This document shows positions 1 to 12,272 of a DNA stretch of 64,000 nt, one piece after another. The notes beneath the pieces are model-generated. The model saw only the letters and a list, made by a program, of their open reading frames with translations. It was not told the origin of the DNA and made no database searches. The first letter of the stretch is position 1; every line of letters starts with the position of its first letter. Location of the stretch: the NCBI GenBank assembly GCA_001244265.2, contig CDLV01000007.1:806001-870000 (forward strand). The letters run 5' to 3'. The DNA is from Microbotryum violaceum (taxonomy: Eukaryota). The position numbers were made by a program, and so were the translations under genes.

Positions 1-30
1 ACTTCGGCTCCTCCTTCGCTATGAATCACT

Positions 31-630
31 ATGCGTAAACGAGTAGCGCTTCAATTAGCAGCATCCGTACATTGGTTGTGGCCGAGTCCATATTTGTACG
101 ATGAGGGATGTGGAGCCAGGGGAGATTGCGTTTGGTCGTCACGCGTGGCCGAACGAGTTGGCATTGGAAGGGGTAGAGATTGCTGTTCATACGTTCATCA
201 CAATCTGCGTAACTATGTTCATAATTCCGCCAAATTCGTTCATAAACCCGTGGAATCATCATGGGAGAAAGCTCGGACTCTCAAGAGAGGCTGTATCCCC
301 GAAATTACCTCTTTTTCCCGTCACCGCAGCAAAGCTTCGGGTTTCCCTCTTGAGCTTTCGCACGGTAGTCTTGAGGCATACTACGAAAATGTGATGGTAA
401 TGATCGTCGAATACTTCAACAAGGATCAGGTGACAAAAGGCACTGCGTCGTCCGAAACATGCCATCACCCGAGTTCGATAAGGGGCAGTCTTTCAAGTCT
501 GCCCCGCACCGAGAAGACAATGGGATTTGCGTAGTTCGTCAGATACTTCGTGAAGTTCACCAACCTGTTTGAATCGCTCTCTACGAGCGTAGAAACGTTA
601 CGTCTTCGGTCATTGGGCCATGTTTTTTAA
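31..630 (+). CDS. Possible 3' end of a hypothetical gene cut by the window edge
   Basis: ORF 31..534 plus a plausible intron (GTGACA at about 430 to TAG at 534) leading to a last exon FVRYFVKFTNLFESL...GHVF-stop at 630. No recognisable motif, and the frame has a stop at 22-24. Confidence 0.25.
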
Positions 631-731
631 CATCAGCCAGTATTTGCAAACGGTACATTGATATATCATCGCTAGAGCATAGTGGTTTCAAGACCAGCAC
701 TACCAAAATAGACTGAGGGACAAGTGCCCAC

Positions 732-2753
732 TCAAGCATAGAACTTCAGCACGTCCTCAACATCCTCCTTGGACCCAAGGAAGACGGGGATCCTCTGATG
801 AATCCCAGTCGGGACAATATCCAAGATCCTCTCCCTCCCCGTCGTAGCCAACCCTCCCGCCTGTTCAGTCAAGAAGGCCATTGGGAACCCTTCGTACAAG
901 AGACGCAGCTTGCCCGATTTGGACTTCTTGTCTTCCGGGTAACCGAAGATGCCGCCGTACAACAAGGTGCGGTGAACGTCCGCGACCATGGAGCCAATGT
1001 AGCGCGCGGAGTAGGGCTTGCCATTTGCCGGGTTCTTGACCGATTCGAGGTATTTCTTTACCGGCCTGGTGAGGTGAGAAACTCATGTGAGCTTTTCTCC
1101 TACAAAGAGGGACGCTGAAACCGAGTGAGGCGGTACTCACTCGTGGAAGAAGAGGGTATTGCCTTCGTTGAACGAGTAGATCTTGCCGCGGGGCGGGATG
1201 CGGATGTTGGGGTGTGTGAGGATGAACTCTCCAATGCCCTGCACAAGTATGGTGTTCCGAGCAGTTCAGCCGCTGCGGATCCACGGCGTTTCGAGGGCGG
1301 CCGTCAGACTCACGTTATCGAGAGTGTAACCGTCAACACCCTTTCCAGTCGAGATGACAAGGTTGGCGGACGATCCATACATGCAGTAGCTGAAACACGG
1401 AGAGCCATCCACCATTAGCCACACTGTAAGCGAGCTGGACTGCAGTTTCTGAAGCGATCCGCACTTACCCAGCAGCGACCATCTCCTTTCCGGGGCGAAG
1501 CACGTCCGATACCTGACCATCCGAACCCTCTTGGACCTTGTAGATACCAAAGATGGTACCGATATTGACACCGGCATCGATGTTGGAGCTGTCCGCAGGC
1601 AAGTCGGAGAACCCGGACCAGTCAGCATTTACAATCTCAAGATCAGAATGACTTTTAAATCAGCATTGACTCACGATCCATCGAGAGGGTCAAAGACCAC
1701 GCAGTACTTTCCACGGTACGGGATGTCGATCAAGATGGGGTCATCGTTCTCCTCGGAGATGAGAACCGAGCATTTTCCTGTGGTCGCGTAGAAGCGGAAT
1801 GAATTTAGCACATTACCTCTAATTGCACTCTCTAACTCGAATACTATTAACTGACCACATGCCCTGAGCGAGTTGATCATGATGTCGTTCGACTATGACG
1901 TGGAGGGCCGGATTCGGCGCGGACACGAACAGCCATTAGCTACGATGTGCGTATTACACAAGATTTGCAAACGCATATTGCTCACCAGAATGTCGAGCTT
2001 CTTTTGGTCCTCGCCTTGGACGTTGGCGGTGCCGGCAGCACCGATGCTGCATTGCCATGAGATTGAAGCGGGAAAGGTAGCCGGGGCGGGCCAGGAGGGG
2101 AACCGAGGAACGGCGTCAGTAGCCGTAACCGTTGGGCCGGAGAGGACTTGGAAGAGCGAATAGTATGGCGCAAGATGCGACAGAGTTTCAAGAGCGAAAA
2201 GATGTGGCACATTCATGAAACCAATTAACCAGCACCATCGTTTCAAATCAAATCGTGCAAGCCGGGCTGCGACGACGCGAGTGCCGCGGCCCGACCACCG
2301 AGAGCGATCTGGTCGAGGTCGAGTTCGAAACTCACAGGTTCAACAAACCGGCACGTCGGACGTTGGTCGCGATGAACTTGCACGTGGTTTGGACGGCGGT
2401 GAGGAGGATGGTCAGGTCACCGGTCGCGGCGGGGGAGTGTTGTTGCGATTGCAGCACATGCTATTGCGGGCAGGGAACGATGGGGCCACAGAGGAGCGGC
2501 AAGTCAGCCGATGCCGTTCGAAGCGTGGTCTTGTGGAGCGGCGGCACTCGGAAGCCGCTTGGTACGACCATGCTGTTCGAGCTCCGCCACGCAACGTCCC
2601 CGAGCTTACCGAGGTGAGCGTGACAATCTCGGTCGAAGGCGGTTGTTGGTCCTGCAATACAAGACCCGAGACGACGAAATCAGCTCGATGCTCTCAAGCG
2701 GAGTAGCCGCGTGGGGCTGCGTGGGGCTGCTTGCGGGTCGTGCAACTGACCAT
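732..2753 (-). CDS. FBP1: Fructose-1,6-bisphosphatase (multi-exon)
   Basis: Exons encode [43 protein letters not shown] and [14 protein letters not shown], which are class I FBPase motifs. ATG at 2753-2751 is followed by a GTCAGT donor and splices in frame to [13 protein letters not shown] at 2651. Confidence 0.97.
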
Positions 2754-3479
2754 CCTGGTACGCTTGGCGGGAGGTTGCTGAGCGGTCGACGTGGTGGCTA
2801 TTTAGCTCGAGCTGGAAAGCTTGAAGAGGGATGAAAGTGCGATGAAAGGATGTGGGAAGGGACGAGGGGAACACAGAGCCTCCGACCCCACCATGCGCTA
2901 GCCGGCAGCTTTGCCCCGGCAGGCCCTGGCAGGCCCCAGCTGGCCCCAGCCGAGTGAATCGCGAGCACGGGTCGACCCGACTTGTCCGAGAATCGCGGGA
3001 CGGACCGGGGCTCCGTTGACAACTCGCTGTACAGTGAACCTCCTTATTCGCGATACCGACTGGAGGCTTACAGCCCTCAACGGGGGTACAGTTTCAAGGG
3101 TGACCAAGATGAGTGCGTTCATCATCCGTGTCACTAGCTATACGAAATTACGATGCCTGGCGTGTACCGCAAGATGGCAATTCCAAACTTCTGGCTCGGC
3201 GAGCTCGGACCTCCTGGGGACCATCTCAGCTGCCCTGTCAGGCTGGTGCGGGATACCGGGGCTACCAACATCCGCTGCAGTGCAACCGATGATTGTGCGA
3301 TAATTTGCCGAAAGCGGGCGGAAAGTGAACTCTCACAGGAAGAATTTTTTTTCCCGTTCCACTGTTTAGAGTCGAGGCCGACAATGTACAAATCGGCCGA
3401 AATCTTGGGATCGGCACAAGAGGAGCAACGGAGGAGTCAGGCTTGAGCTCCTGACCGTCCACCGCCCACCTTCCGCAAC

Positions 3480-4855
3480 ATGTCGCACACACTACTACCT
3501 CGGTCACTGCAGATCATGACCGCGCGACACATCCTCAACGCCAGCCCCTTGCGCTCAATACCTCGTTACGGTCTTCATCGATCGCTGCCATCTCTCAACA
3601 CGATCCGCCTGCGAGCATACCAGACCAAACTCACACCTACTACACCGTTCGATGAGCTGGCTCCCATAACGATAACTCCACAATATCCTCTACCCCCCTG
3701 GGCGAACACGTTGCCAAAAGCTCTACGATGGACCCATCCCTACGTTTCGCTGGCGAGGATGGACAAACCGATTGGCACCTGGCTGTTATACTGGCCGTGT
3801 GGTAGGTCAAGTCCCGACTCAAGCTATCACATGTGTACTCATCTGGCCTGATCTGCTTATCACAGCTTGGAGCTTGACCATGGCCGCCTATTCGTCGGCA
3901 TTACTACCCCTATCTTTGGCTTGGAACTTGGCCCTCTTCGGCACCGGAGCTTTGGTTATGCGCGGCGCAGGATGTACGATCAATGATCTATGGGATCGTG
4001 ATATCGATCAGAAAGTCGGTCAGTACATTTCCTTCCCGCTCCCGTGCCGAAGGACGTTTTCGGCCGTTTGCCTAACCTGCCGCCCCACTGCACGACAGAA
4101 CGAACCAAACTTCGTCCACTAGCTTCGGGAGAAATTCGTCCGTTTCATGCATTTTCCTTCTTGGGACTACAACTCTCGGTCGGGCTGGGTATTCTGACCC
4201 AACTTAACTGGTACAGGTGCGTCCTGAATTGACATCATCCCCCGAGCCTCAGTGAAGCTTCACCGAGCTGAAAACCCCTTTTTTTGGACACAGCATCGCC
4301 CTCGGAGCCTCGTCCCTCTCGCTCGTCGTCCTCTACCCCCTCATGAAGCGCATCACCTACTGGCCACAATTCGTCCTCGGACTCGCATTCAATTGGGGTG
4401 CTCTCCTCGGATCCTCCGCAATCCTTGACCACATCGACCTCCCCGTCGCCTTCCCCCTTTACGTCGGTTCAGTCGCCTGGACGATCGCCTATGACACCAT
4501 CTACGCCCATCAGGATAAAGTCGATGATGTCGATGCGGGAGTCAAATCGACGGCTCTGTTGTTTGGTCAACAGACTAAACCCATCTTGACGGGGTTTTCG
4601 ACCGTTTTCGTGGGACTTTTAGCCACCTCGGGATGGATGAATGGACAAGGACTCGGCTTTTGGACATTGAGTGTGGGAGGAGCGGCATGGCATCTCTTCA
4701 ATCAAATTAGAAAGGTCGAGTTGGATTCGAGGCAGAGTTGTTGGGAGACGTTCGCTAGAAATCGCAATCTGGGGGCGATCGTGTGGAGTGGGATGATGCT
4801 CGATTATACGGCCATGATGCTCGATATTGATCCAACATTGGCTTCGGCTCTGTAA
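3480..4855 (+). CDS. COQ2: 4-hydroxybenzoate polyprenyltransferase (UbiA family, multi-exon)
   Basis: [55 protein letters not shown] and [13 protein letters not shown]. Arg/Ser-rich N-terminus resembles a mitochondrial presequence. Start could be 3480 or 3516. Confidence 0.96.
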
Positions 4856-4917
4856 GTGTGCTTAGTACGTTGGGGCTGACATTCTTCTATTATCATGCGA
4901 ATGCAAGTCATGTTGTT

Positions 4918-7900
4918 CTAGAGCAAAGCATTTGCACAAGCCTCAAGCAGAGCACCTGAGGCTATCTCCGCTCCTTCACCAACCGTACGTAAAATCCAAG
5001 CCAAGCGTTCCGCCCTCCTGGAAGCGACCCTCTCCTGTGTGATCCTCTCCAATTCCTGACTCTTCTCCAGCGCCTTGCTCAAAACCGAATCCGGCAATTC
5101 GGCCAATCTAGCGACATTCAGCCCGTGCGACCGCGACGCCAATCCCGGTCCAACTTGGTACAAGAACGTCACGTCCGTGAAACCGTCGTCCCTCTTCTTT
5201 TCCAAGCACTTCATATGATGCACCGAGATGACCTCGGGGTATTTCTTTACGAGCTGAGCCAAGGAGGGGTAGTGGGTGATGAAGATGGTTCGGGCTTGGG
5301 AGGTCGTCGTGATGTGTTCCAGCACGGCCGCAGCGATAGCTTGACCATCGTTCGTACTCGTGCCTCGACCAAGTTCGTCCAAAATGACCAGAGAGCGACG
5401 CGTCGCAAGCTTGAGGATCTCGGACGTCTCGCTCAACTCTACCATGAACGTTGAACGACCACGACCAATTTCATCGGCCGCTCCCATGCGCGTGAAGATG
5501 CCATCGAACAAGCTAGTCGTGCATTCCTCGGCAGGAACGTAGCTTCCGATCTGCGCCATTAGCGCGATCAGAGCCACGGAACGCGAGAACGAAGATTTTC
5601 CACCCGCGTTGATACCCGTCAAGATGATCTGCTTCGTCGCGGTACCTCCGAGCTCGATCGAACTGGGGACGTAGGGCTGGGACGAGAGAACCTCATGAAC
5701 TGGGTGCCGACCATCGACAATCTTGATAAACCCCGGTTCGCGGACGATGGTAGGGCGGACATACCCCGGTGCGATCGCCGTCACAGCAAACGAGAAGAGA
5801 CAATCAGCGGTCGCGAGGTTCGAGAGAACGGCCCTGAACGCATCGTAGCTTGTCGAAGTAATCTCCTGCAGCAGAGCTTTAAACGCCGCATCGGCCGCAG
5901 CTTCCAGCCGTTCACGGTTCTGGTTTACCTCGTCCATCTTGGCCTGAATCTGGGGGCTGCGGTAGCGGTAGTACTGCTTCGTCGAATTTATCTTGATCCA
6001 GTCACCAGGTACAATCTTTTTGGACTCGGCGATTCCGATCTCCAACAGGAACTCCTCCTCGGCCACGCGACGAAACTCGATCGTTGGCTTTTTGAGGATC
6101 TTGCGGGCTTCCTTGAGCAGAACCCCCATTTCAATGTCAACCGCATCGAGGCAATCACGGACTTTGCGCAGGTCATCGGGCGGATTGTGGAACAATTCTG
6201 CCTTCTTCCCCGCCTTAGCCTGTTCACTCTTGATGCGTGATCTGTGTTGGTTTATGAGAACGTAAGCTAAGGTGGCCCGTCATAGGATATCAAAAAACCT
6301 CCCAAAACGTACAGGAAGCCATCAACGTCCTTCTTGATCTTGGGAAGGCTCGCCACGATCTGCTTCAACAGCGCACTTTTGACCGTCGACTGCGGTGTCG
6401 GTGCCCCGTCCCTCTCTTCTTCCTCATCAATCGCCTCGAACACATTCGCGACCCTCGAGAACGCTTGCAGAACGCGCAGTAGCTCTTGCGTGCTCACCCG
6501 GCTGAAATGGATCCGAACCAGCCCGCGCTCGAGATCAAGCAGACCTTTGAATACGCCGCGTAGCTTAGATATCGTCAAGTTCGAACTCGACGAAATGATC
6601 TCGAACACGGCATCCTGGCGCTCCAATACTCGTGCCTCCGAGATAAGTGGATGGCAGATCCAGTTGCGAAGGCGTCGGCGCCCGAACGCCGAGTGGCAAT
6701 GGTCGAGAACCGAGAGCAGCGAGCCGTGGAGGGTGAAGTCCGTGTTATTCTGCAGTAGCTCGAGGTTTTGCAATGTGTTGCCATTAAGGTTCATCGTCGA
6801 GCGAGAGGAGAAATGCTCGAATGATGATTCGTGGAAGAAGATCGTCGAAAGGTCGAAAGCAGATAGATGCGAGATGAGTGCTGCGAGAGCGACGAGGACC
6901 AGGTCGGGAAGGTCGAGGACTTGGCTCGGACAGGCGCCGTTCATACCGACGCTGGGCGCAGCCTCGGCCTCGTCTTCCGAATCGGAGCCAATGACAAGCT
7001 CCCGCGTAAGCTCCGTCTCTTTTGCTTTCCTCGATGCGCCAGCTGCCTTTAAGCAGATGTAAAAATTGGTGATGAACTTCCTCGCCGCCTCTATCGTGAG
7101 CTTCTTGTTCATGCGGTCGATACGACAGGTCGAGTCCGAAGCTCCGGAGCTGCACCACTCGATGCACCACTCGATTTTTGAATCAGCACGACCATATACT
7201 TGGGAGAAACCACTCCGGCTAACTGACCTTTGTTGTCGCACGAGGTAGTTGATTATCGATTGGGTCTGTTTGCTCAGCTGCGGCTGCAGAACGACTTCAC
7301 TCGGTTGAAGGTGCAGGAGCCTCGTCTCCAGCTCCGAGCGCATTAGGCCATCAACAAATTCTGCAAGCCATACTCTATCAACATCCAATATTTCTGGAAT
7401 ACGCTTGAATGAACATCGAATGGTACTCACCATCGTAAATCACTTCCCCGGTCGAAGGCTTGACCGCAACCATTCCAATCGCTACTTTCTCATCCCTGCC
7501 TCTTGCCTCCTCAACCAGGCACACGATCGTTGCTGCGTTGCCAGAGCTCGCATCCAGAGGTTCGACCGACAACGGATCTATGTAAGTCGCGCTCGTGTAG
7601 AGATCATCGAGCGCGCGCACGAAAGGTCCCTGGCGGGTGGAAGCGTCGGCTTTCTTCAAAGCGGCGGTTTCCTTCTGCCGTACGACACCGACTTTCTGAC
7701 CAGCATTGATCAATCGCTTGATGTGCACATCGAGTCGGTGTGTCGGGATAGAGGCCGACATCATGTTCTGAATCGGGGTGAATGTATCGCCTTCAGCTGC
7801 TGGTTCGGTACGACCACTCCGGTCCCGAGACACTGACCTTGATCGGAAAGTGAGCGATGCCTAGGATGCGAGAAGCCGTGACAGCATCTTCCTCGAAGAA

Positions 7901-9043
7901 ACGGAACTTGTAGCCGACCTTTGGAGTGAGCAGATGCGTCAGCCTCGTTGACAATGCGAATTCAGCTCCGTTCCGGTGACTGACTTCGATGACGAGCAAG
8001 ACCCCCGGGTGAGCTTTGCGCAGCGCAATAACTTGTTGCTCCCTGTGATCAAGTTAGAGCTTGAGTCAACGAGGCAGTGAGGTCATTCCATCAGAATCTG
8101 AGGCTCACAGTGGAGTATACTTGATACCGCTCGCTTTCGCCGATTTGGTCATCGCCATCATACCTTGGGCAGCGAATTTTCTGAACCTCGAGTGGCGTAC
8201 TGCATCACCATCATCATCACCATCACCATCATCCATCTCATCATCATCATCACCTTGAGCTTTTGCCACTACTTTTCCCTTGTTCTTGGTTCTCGACGTG
8301 CCAGCGCCATCGTCTACATCGTCATCATGGTCGCCGTCTCCGAACGGCGAGAGCGGAGATTGACTTCTCGTTGACGAGTGGTGGCGACTCGACGCGTCGT
8401 AACCATTCGATTCGAATGCCGCCGCTGCCAGGGGGTCCTGATCTTGCAGGAAGGCGTTCTTCTTCTTGAGCAGGTTGATGCTCTGCAATCTGTTCGTGGC
8501 CATGGTGGAGCTGAACGCTCCATTGCGCTGCTTGCCATTACTTATACTACCTCCCCCAGCTCCTACTGCTGCGGTCGAGCTCGAGCTCGAGGGCTTATGG
8601 GCGCCATCATTCTGCAGTGTTTTGGAGACTGAGGACGGAGCTGGTGGCTTGTACTGCCATCTCGACACCTTTTGAGAAATATCGACCTCGCGACGCTCCA
8701 TGGTGTTAGTCGATGACGACGAAGCAGCAGCTGAACTACTCGTCGCGAACGCTGCCGATGACGACAAGGGGCCCTGCACTGTTGATTCCAGCTTGACGCG
8801 TTTCGAAGGACGTGGAGGCACCCTTGACGCGTCCGACACGTCGTCGTCATCGTCACTCGAGTCGAGCAGGATGAGTTCTCCATCGATACCGTCACTTTTC
8901 CGAGCGCCGCGAATCGCAGATGACGACGACGAGTTCGCAGCGATACCACGTGCATTTGAAGAAGTCGAGGGAGGAGGTGCTCGTGGACGGAAGAAGGCAG
9001 ATATAATAGTCTGGCTCTGATCGTCCTTGGCTGGCTTGACCAT
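4918..9043 (-). CDS. MSH3: DNA mismatch repair protein MutS homolog 3
   Basis: N-terminal PIP box [16 protein letters not shown]3-type [12 protein letters not shown], Walker [31 protein letters not shown] and FITHY. Confidence 0.95.
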
Positions 9044-10628
9044 CTCTCCACCACGCGGGTACGACGTACGACCGCCACGACACCCGACCGAGAGACGTCG
9101 AAGAGAGGGTAAAGTCACGTGCCTCGCCCGAGTCGGGGAAATTGGAATTATAACCCGCGACTACTAGCGGATGAATCCTTTCGTGTATTGAAGTCCCCTC
9201 AATTAAAATTTCCCCCTCGATTGGTTTTCTTGTTTTGATGAGACAGGAGAAAGTTCGATAGGCTCGCGAATCTTAGACACATTCACGTGATCTGATCTGC
9301 TCATGCCCTTATTGAGACTCGGAGTCGGCGAGTCGCGCATAGCTGCAGTGAGCTGAGCAGCCGAAAAGGCGACGACGCCCTGACTTCTTTGTAATTTAGC
9401 TGAAATTTATACTCTCATGCTATTTGCCATGCTTCAGTTCTAGCCAGGCTGCTGCGCCCACACCTCCGTATAGGGAGCGATCGATCAGACGCCGTCACGT
9501 TATCAAACCCTAAGCCTTCTTGAGCAAGCTACTAGATCCTTTCAGCTGACCTCCCCCGCCGCGATATGTTATGCATCGACTCATCAACACGAAGACTGTA
9601 TTGTATCAGGCTGTACCCACCGCACATGACCCTGGAAAGTAGCCAGTGCAGCACTCTCGTCGTTTGGGCAAACACATTCAACCAGTCGAGCTCAAAACGT
9701 CTAATCCGAGTCGGACAACTGGGTCCGACTCTGCCTAGCTGAGAATCTTCGGGACCAGGCCCACCTTGAGCGGTGAGGGACTACCTGCAGCTCCACAGCA
9801 CCAAGTATTTACAGGGATTTGTGGCGCTTCCGTCATGTGCACGTACCATGAGAGCCTGGAGTATGCGGTCACTGTGCGTGCCGTTGAGAAATGGAAGCCA
9901 AATTCCAAAACCCGTCGAGCATGGTCGCGACTTGCACTATCGACAAACTGCCGTAAATCCTCAGTGGGCTGAAATCCGTCACAGTCTGACGATGATTCTC
10001 ACGCCCGCGACCAAACGCGAATCGTTCAAGACGCTGTACATGCAGAAATACCATGAGCTTGCGCCACACGCAGTGGACTTTGGGAGCTTTTCCCGATGAA
10101 GCGACGCTTGGAGATGGCTTGCCGAAGTCAATATGCAGCGTGATGGACATAGCTCCTTTTCATAAGTGTTCTTGCAACTTTCGGTAGTTGTAGAGGTGGG
10201 TGCTGGATATGTATCATTGAAGCTTTGAAGCTTTGGATTCCCGCTGGATCTCCGAGTCGAAAAAGTCTCCGAGTCGAGGGCCGAGTCGAGTGGCCCTGGT
10301 GTCAGCCGAGAGTCGGAGCATCGGGAGATGTAAACCTGCAAAGTGGACAGACGGGATGTGTAGTCCGACCCCTGTTGTAGCCAGCGCTAAGACGTAGAGC
10401 ACCGCTGGGCAGCTTATCCAATTTCCTCCCGGACCCCTGATTGACCGATCTCCAGCCTGACTCGGCAGACAGGGACCCCATCACGAGCGCGCGTGTTTTT
10501 TTGACTTTGGAACGCGCCAAGCCTCTGTCAGGGGGTAAACCACTGCGACTCATCCTCTCACGTCGCCCACTGCCATCGTCCATCAACGGACTTGATCAAC
10601 TAAGTCATCATCTGGTCCATCGTCGAGT

Positions 10629-12167
10629 ATGATCACGCATCATCAGATCCAGATCGGCACCATGAGTCGTCGTCATCAGCCAGCTCAAGCGGCGATCAGC
10701 GCCACGGCGAGCACCAGCAAAGGTCAGTTCGCACTGTCGGCACCAGCCTTTCAAAGCTGCACTCAAGTGCATTTGTGCAATTTTGGCAGCGCCCGACGAC
10801 CACGATCCCATCCCTGCTAGGCCACCCCTCTTTGGCTATGCGTACGGCGCCAAGCCAGCCCAGGGGACCACGACCTCGGCCGCCAGTGCGACCGTCGCCG
10901 GCGCTAGTGGCGCTCAGCTTACGACCTCAACGATCAAGAAGAAAGTCAGCCTCGCACCTCCGGGTGGGAGTACGTTCAAGACGCCCCTCATATCCAAATC
11001 CAAACATGGTCCACTCCGTTCAGTTCATGCTACCTTGTCCGATCCTCGTCTTCGTGTTCGACCCAACTTGGTCAACGAAAGTTCTCGTCGTCTTCCAAAG
11101 TGGGGCGCTGAATCGCTCGACGTTGATGACGAAGAAGACGATCAGAACGAGATGGACTTTTCAGAGGATGAGGACGATGATGGTTTCGAAACGACTTCGG
11201 ATGAAGAAAAGGCTGAAGACGAAGAGATGTATGACGTGCAGATGGGCCGAGCGCAGGACGACAGTGGCGTCGGATTGCTCGAGACTCCGTAAGCAGGACC
11301 CCAAGTAGAGTGATTCGAGGTGGGAACGCACACCTAAAGCACTTTATTACTAACTCAGTACCAACAATGTATATGAAGAAGAGGTCAAGCGCAAAATCCG
11401 AGCTCTCGAACGAGGTGATTTTCTAATTTTTTTCACCCGGGTGGGATGTGCGAATCTAACTCCGCCTACAATGCTGCACAGGACCAATGATCAAAGCCTA
11501 CCAAGACAACCTCGAGCTGGCGACTGCCCAGTACTCTCACGTTGTTAATGACATGAAAACCCTGCTCAAAAGAGACCTCGGGGAAGAAGTTGGGCAAGAA
11601 CTCCGGTTCGTCGAGGCCCCCCTATTCCTCCCTCAGCCAGGCTTACTCAATCGAACAACACGATACAGGACGCAGATCGAAGGCGCGATGGAGCACCGAA
11701 GCAATCTAGACGACGCTTTGATTCAGGAGAGAGATCACTTTGTCATCAATGCCGCTGAAGCGATCGTGGTCCGTCCGTAGTGGGCTACTGTCGCCGGCAC
11801 TATAAAGGCTCGATTAAGCTGAAAATTCCCTCGCCAATTTCAGACTCAAGCTCAAGACCTCATCAACCAACTGTATGAGGTCCAAAGGAGAAGCATTGAG
11901 GGTCACAAATTCTACGAAAGAAACAGCCTCTCGTCGCGTAAGTCCTCGATTTCCTCCGCGGTCGCACAAAAAACCTGATCATACTCTTGCCTTCTAATAG
12001 GTAATCAAGCGCAAGCCGGAATCGACGTCTCGTCCAAGAATTTTGACCAGGAATCTAGCAAACTCATCAAGAAGCTGTCAACCCCAAGTAAAGCATCAAA
12101 TGCAGGCGTACCGAGCGTTACTTTGGCCAAAACCAAGAGCAAAGGCAAAGGCAAAGCGACTCGCTGA
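10629..12167 (+). CDS. Hypothetical multi-exon protein: low-complexity N-terminus, acidic tract, helical/coiled-coil C-terminus, basic tail
   Basis: ORFs 10629, 10783 and 11487 are linked by GT..AG introns with CTRAY branch points. Last exon ends TKSKGKGKATR-TGA at 12167. The true start may lie further upstream. Confidence 0.6.
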
Positions 12168-12272
12168 CGGCCTGAGACGACTAGTTGTCATATTGCCTTC
12201 GTTATCTCTCTAGGTCGATATCTGATGTATGATAATAACTTGTAGTACATGAACAGCTGCAGCTATACTCAG

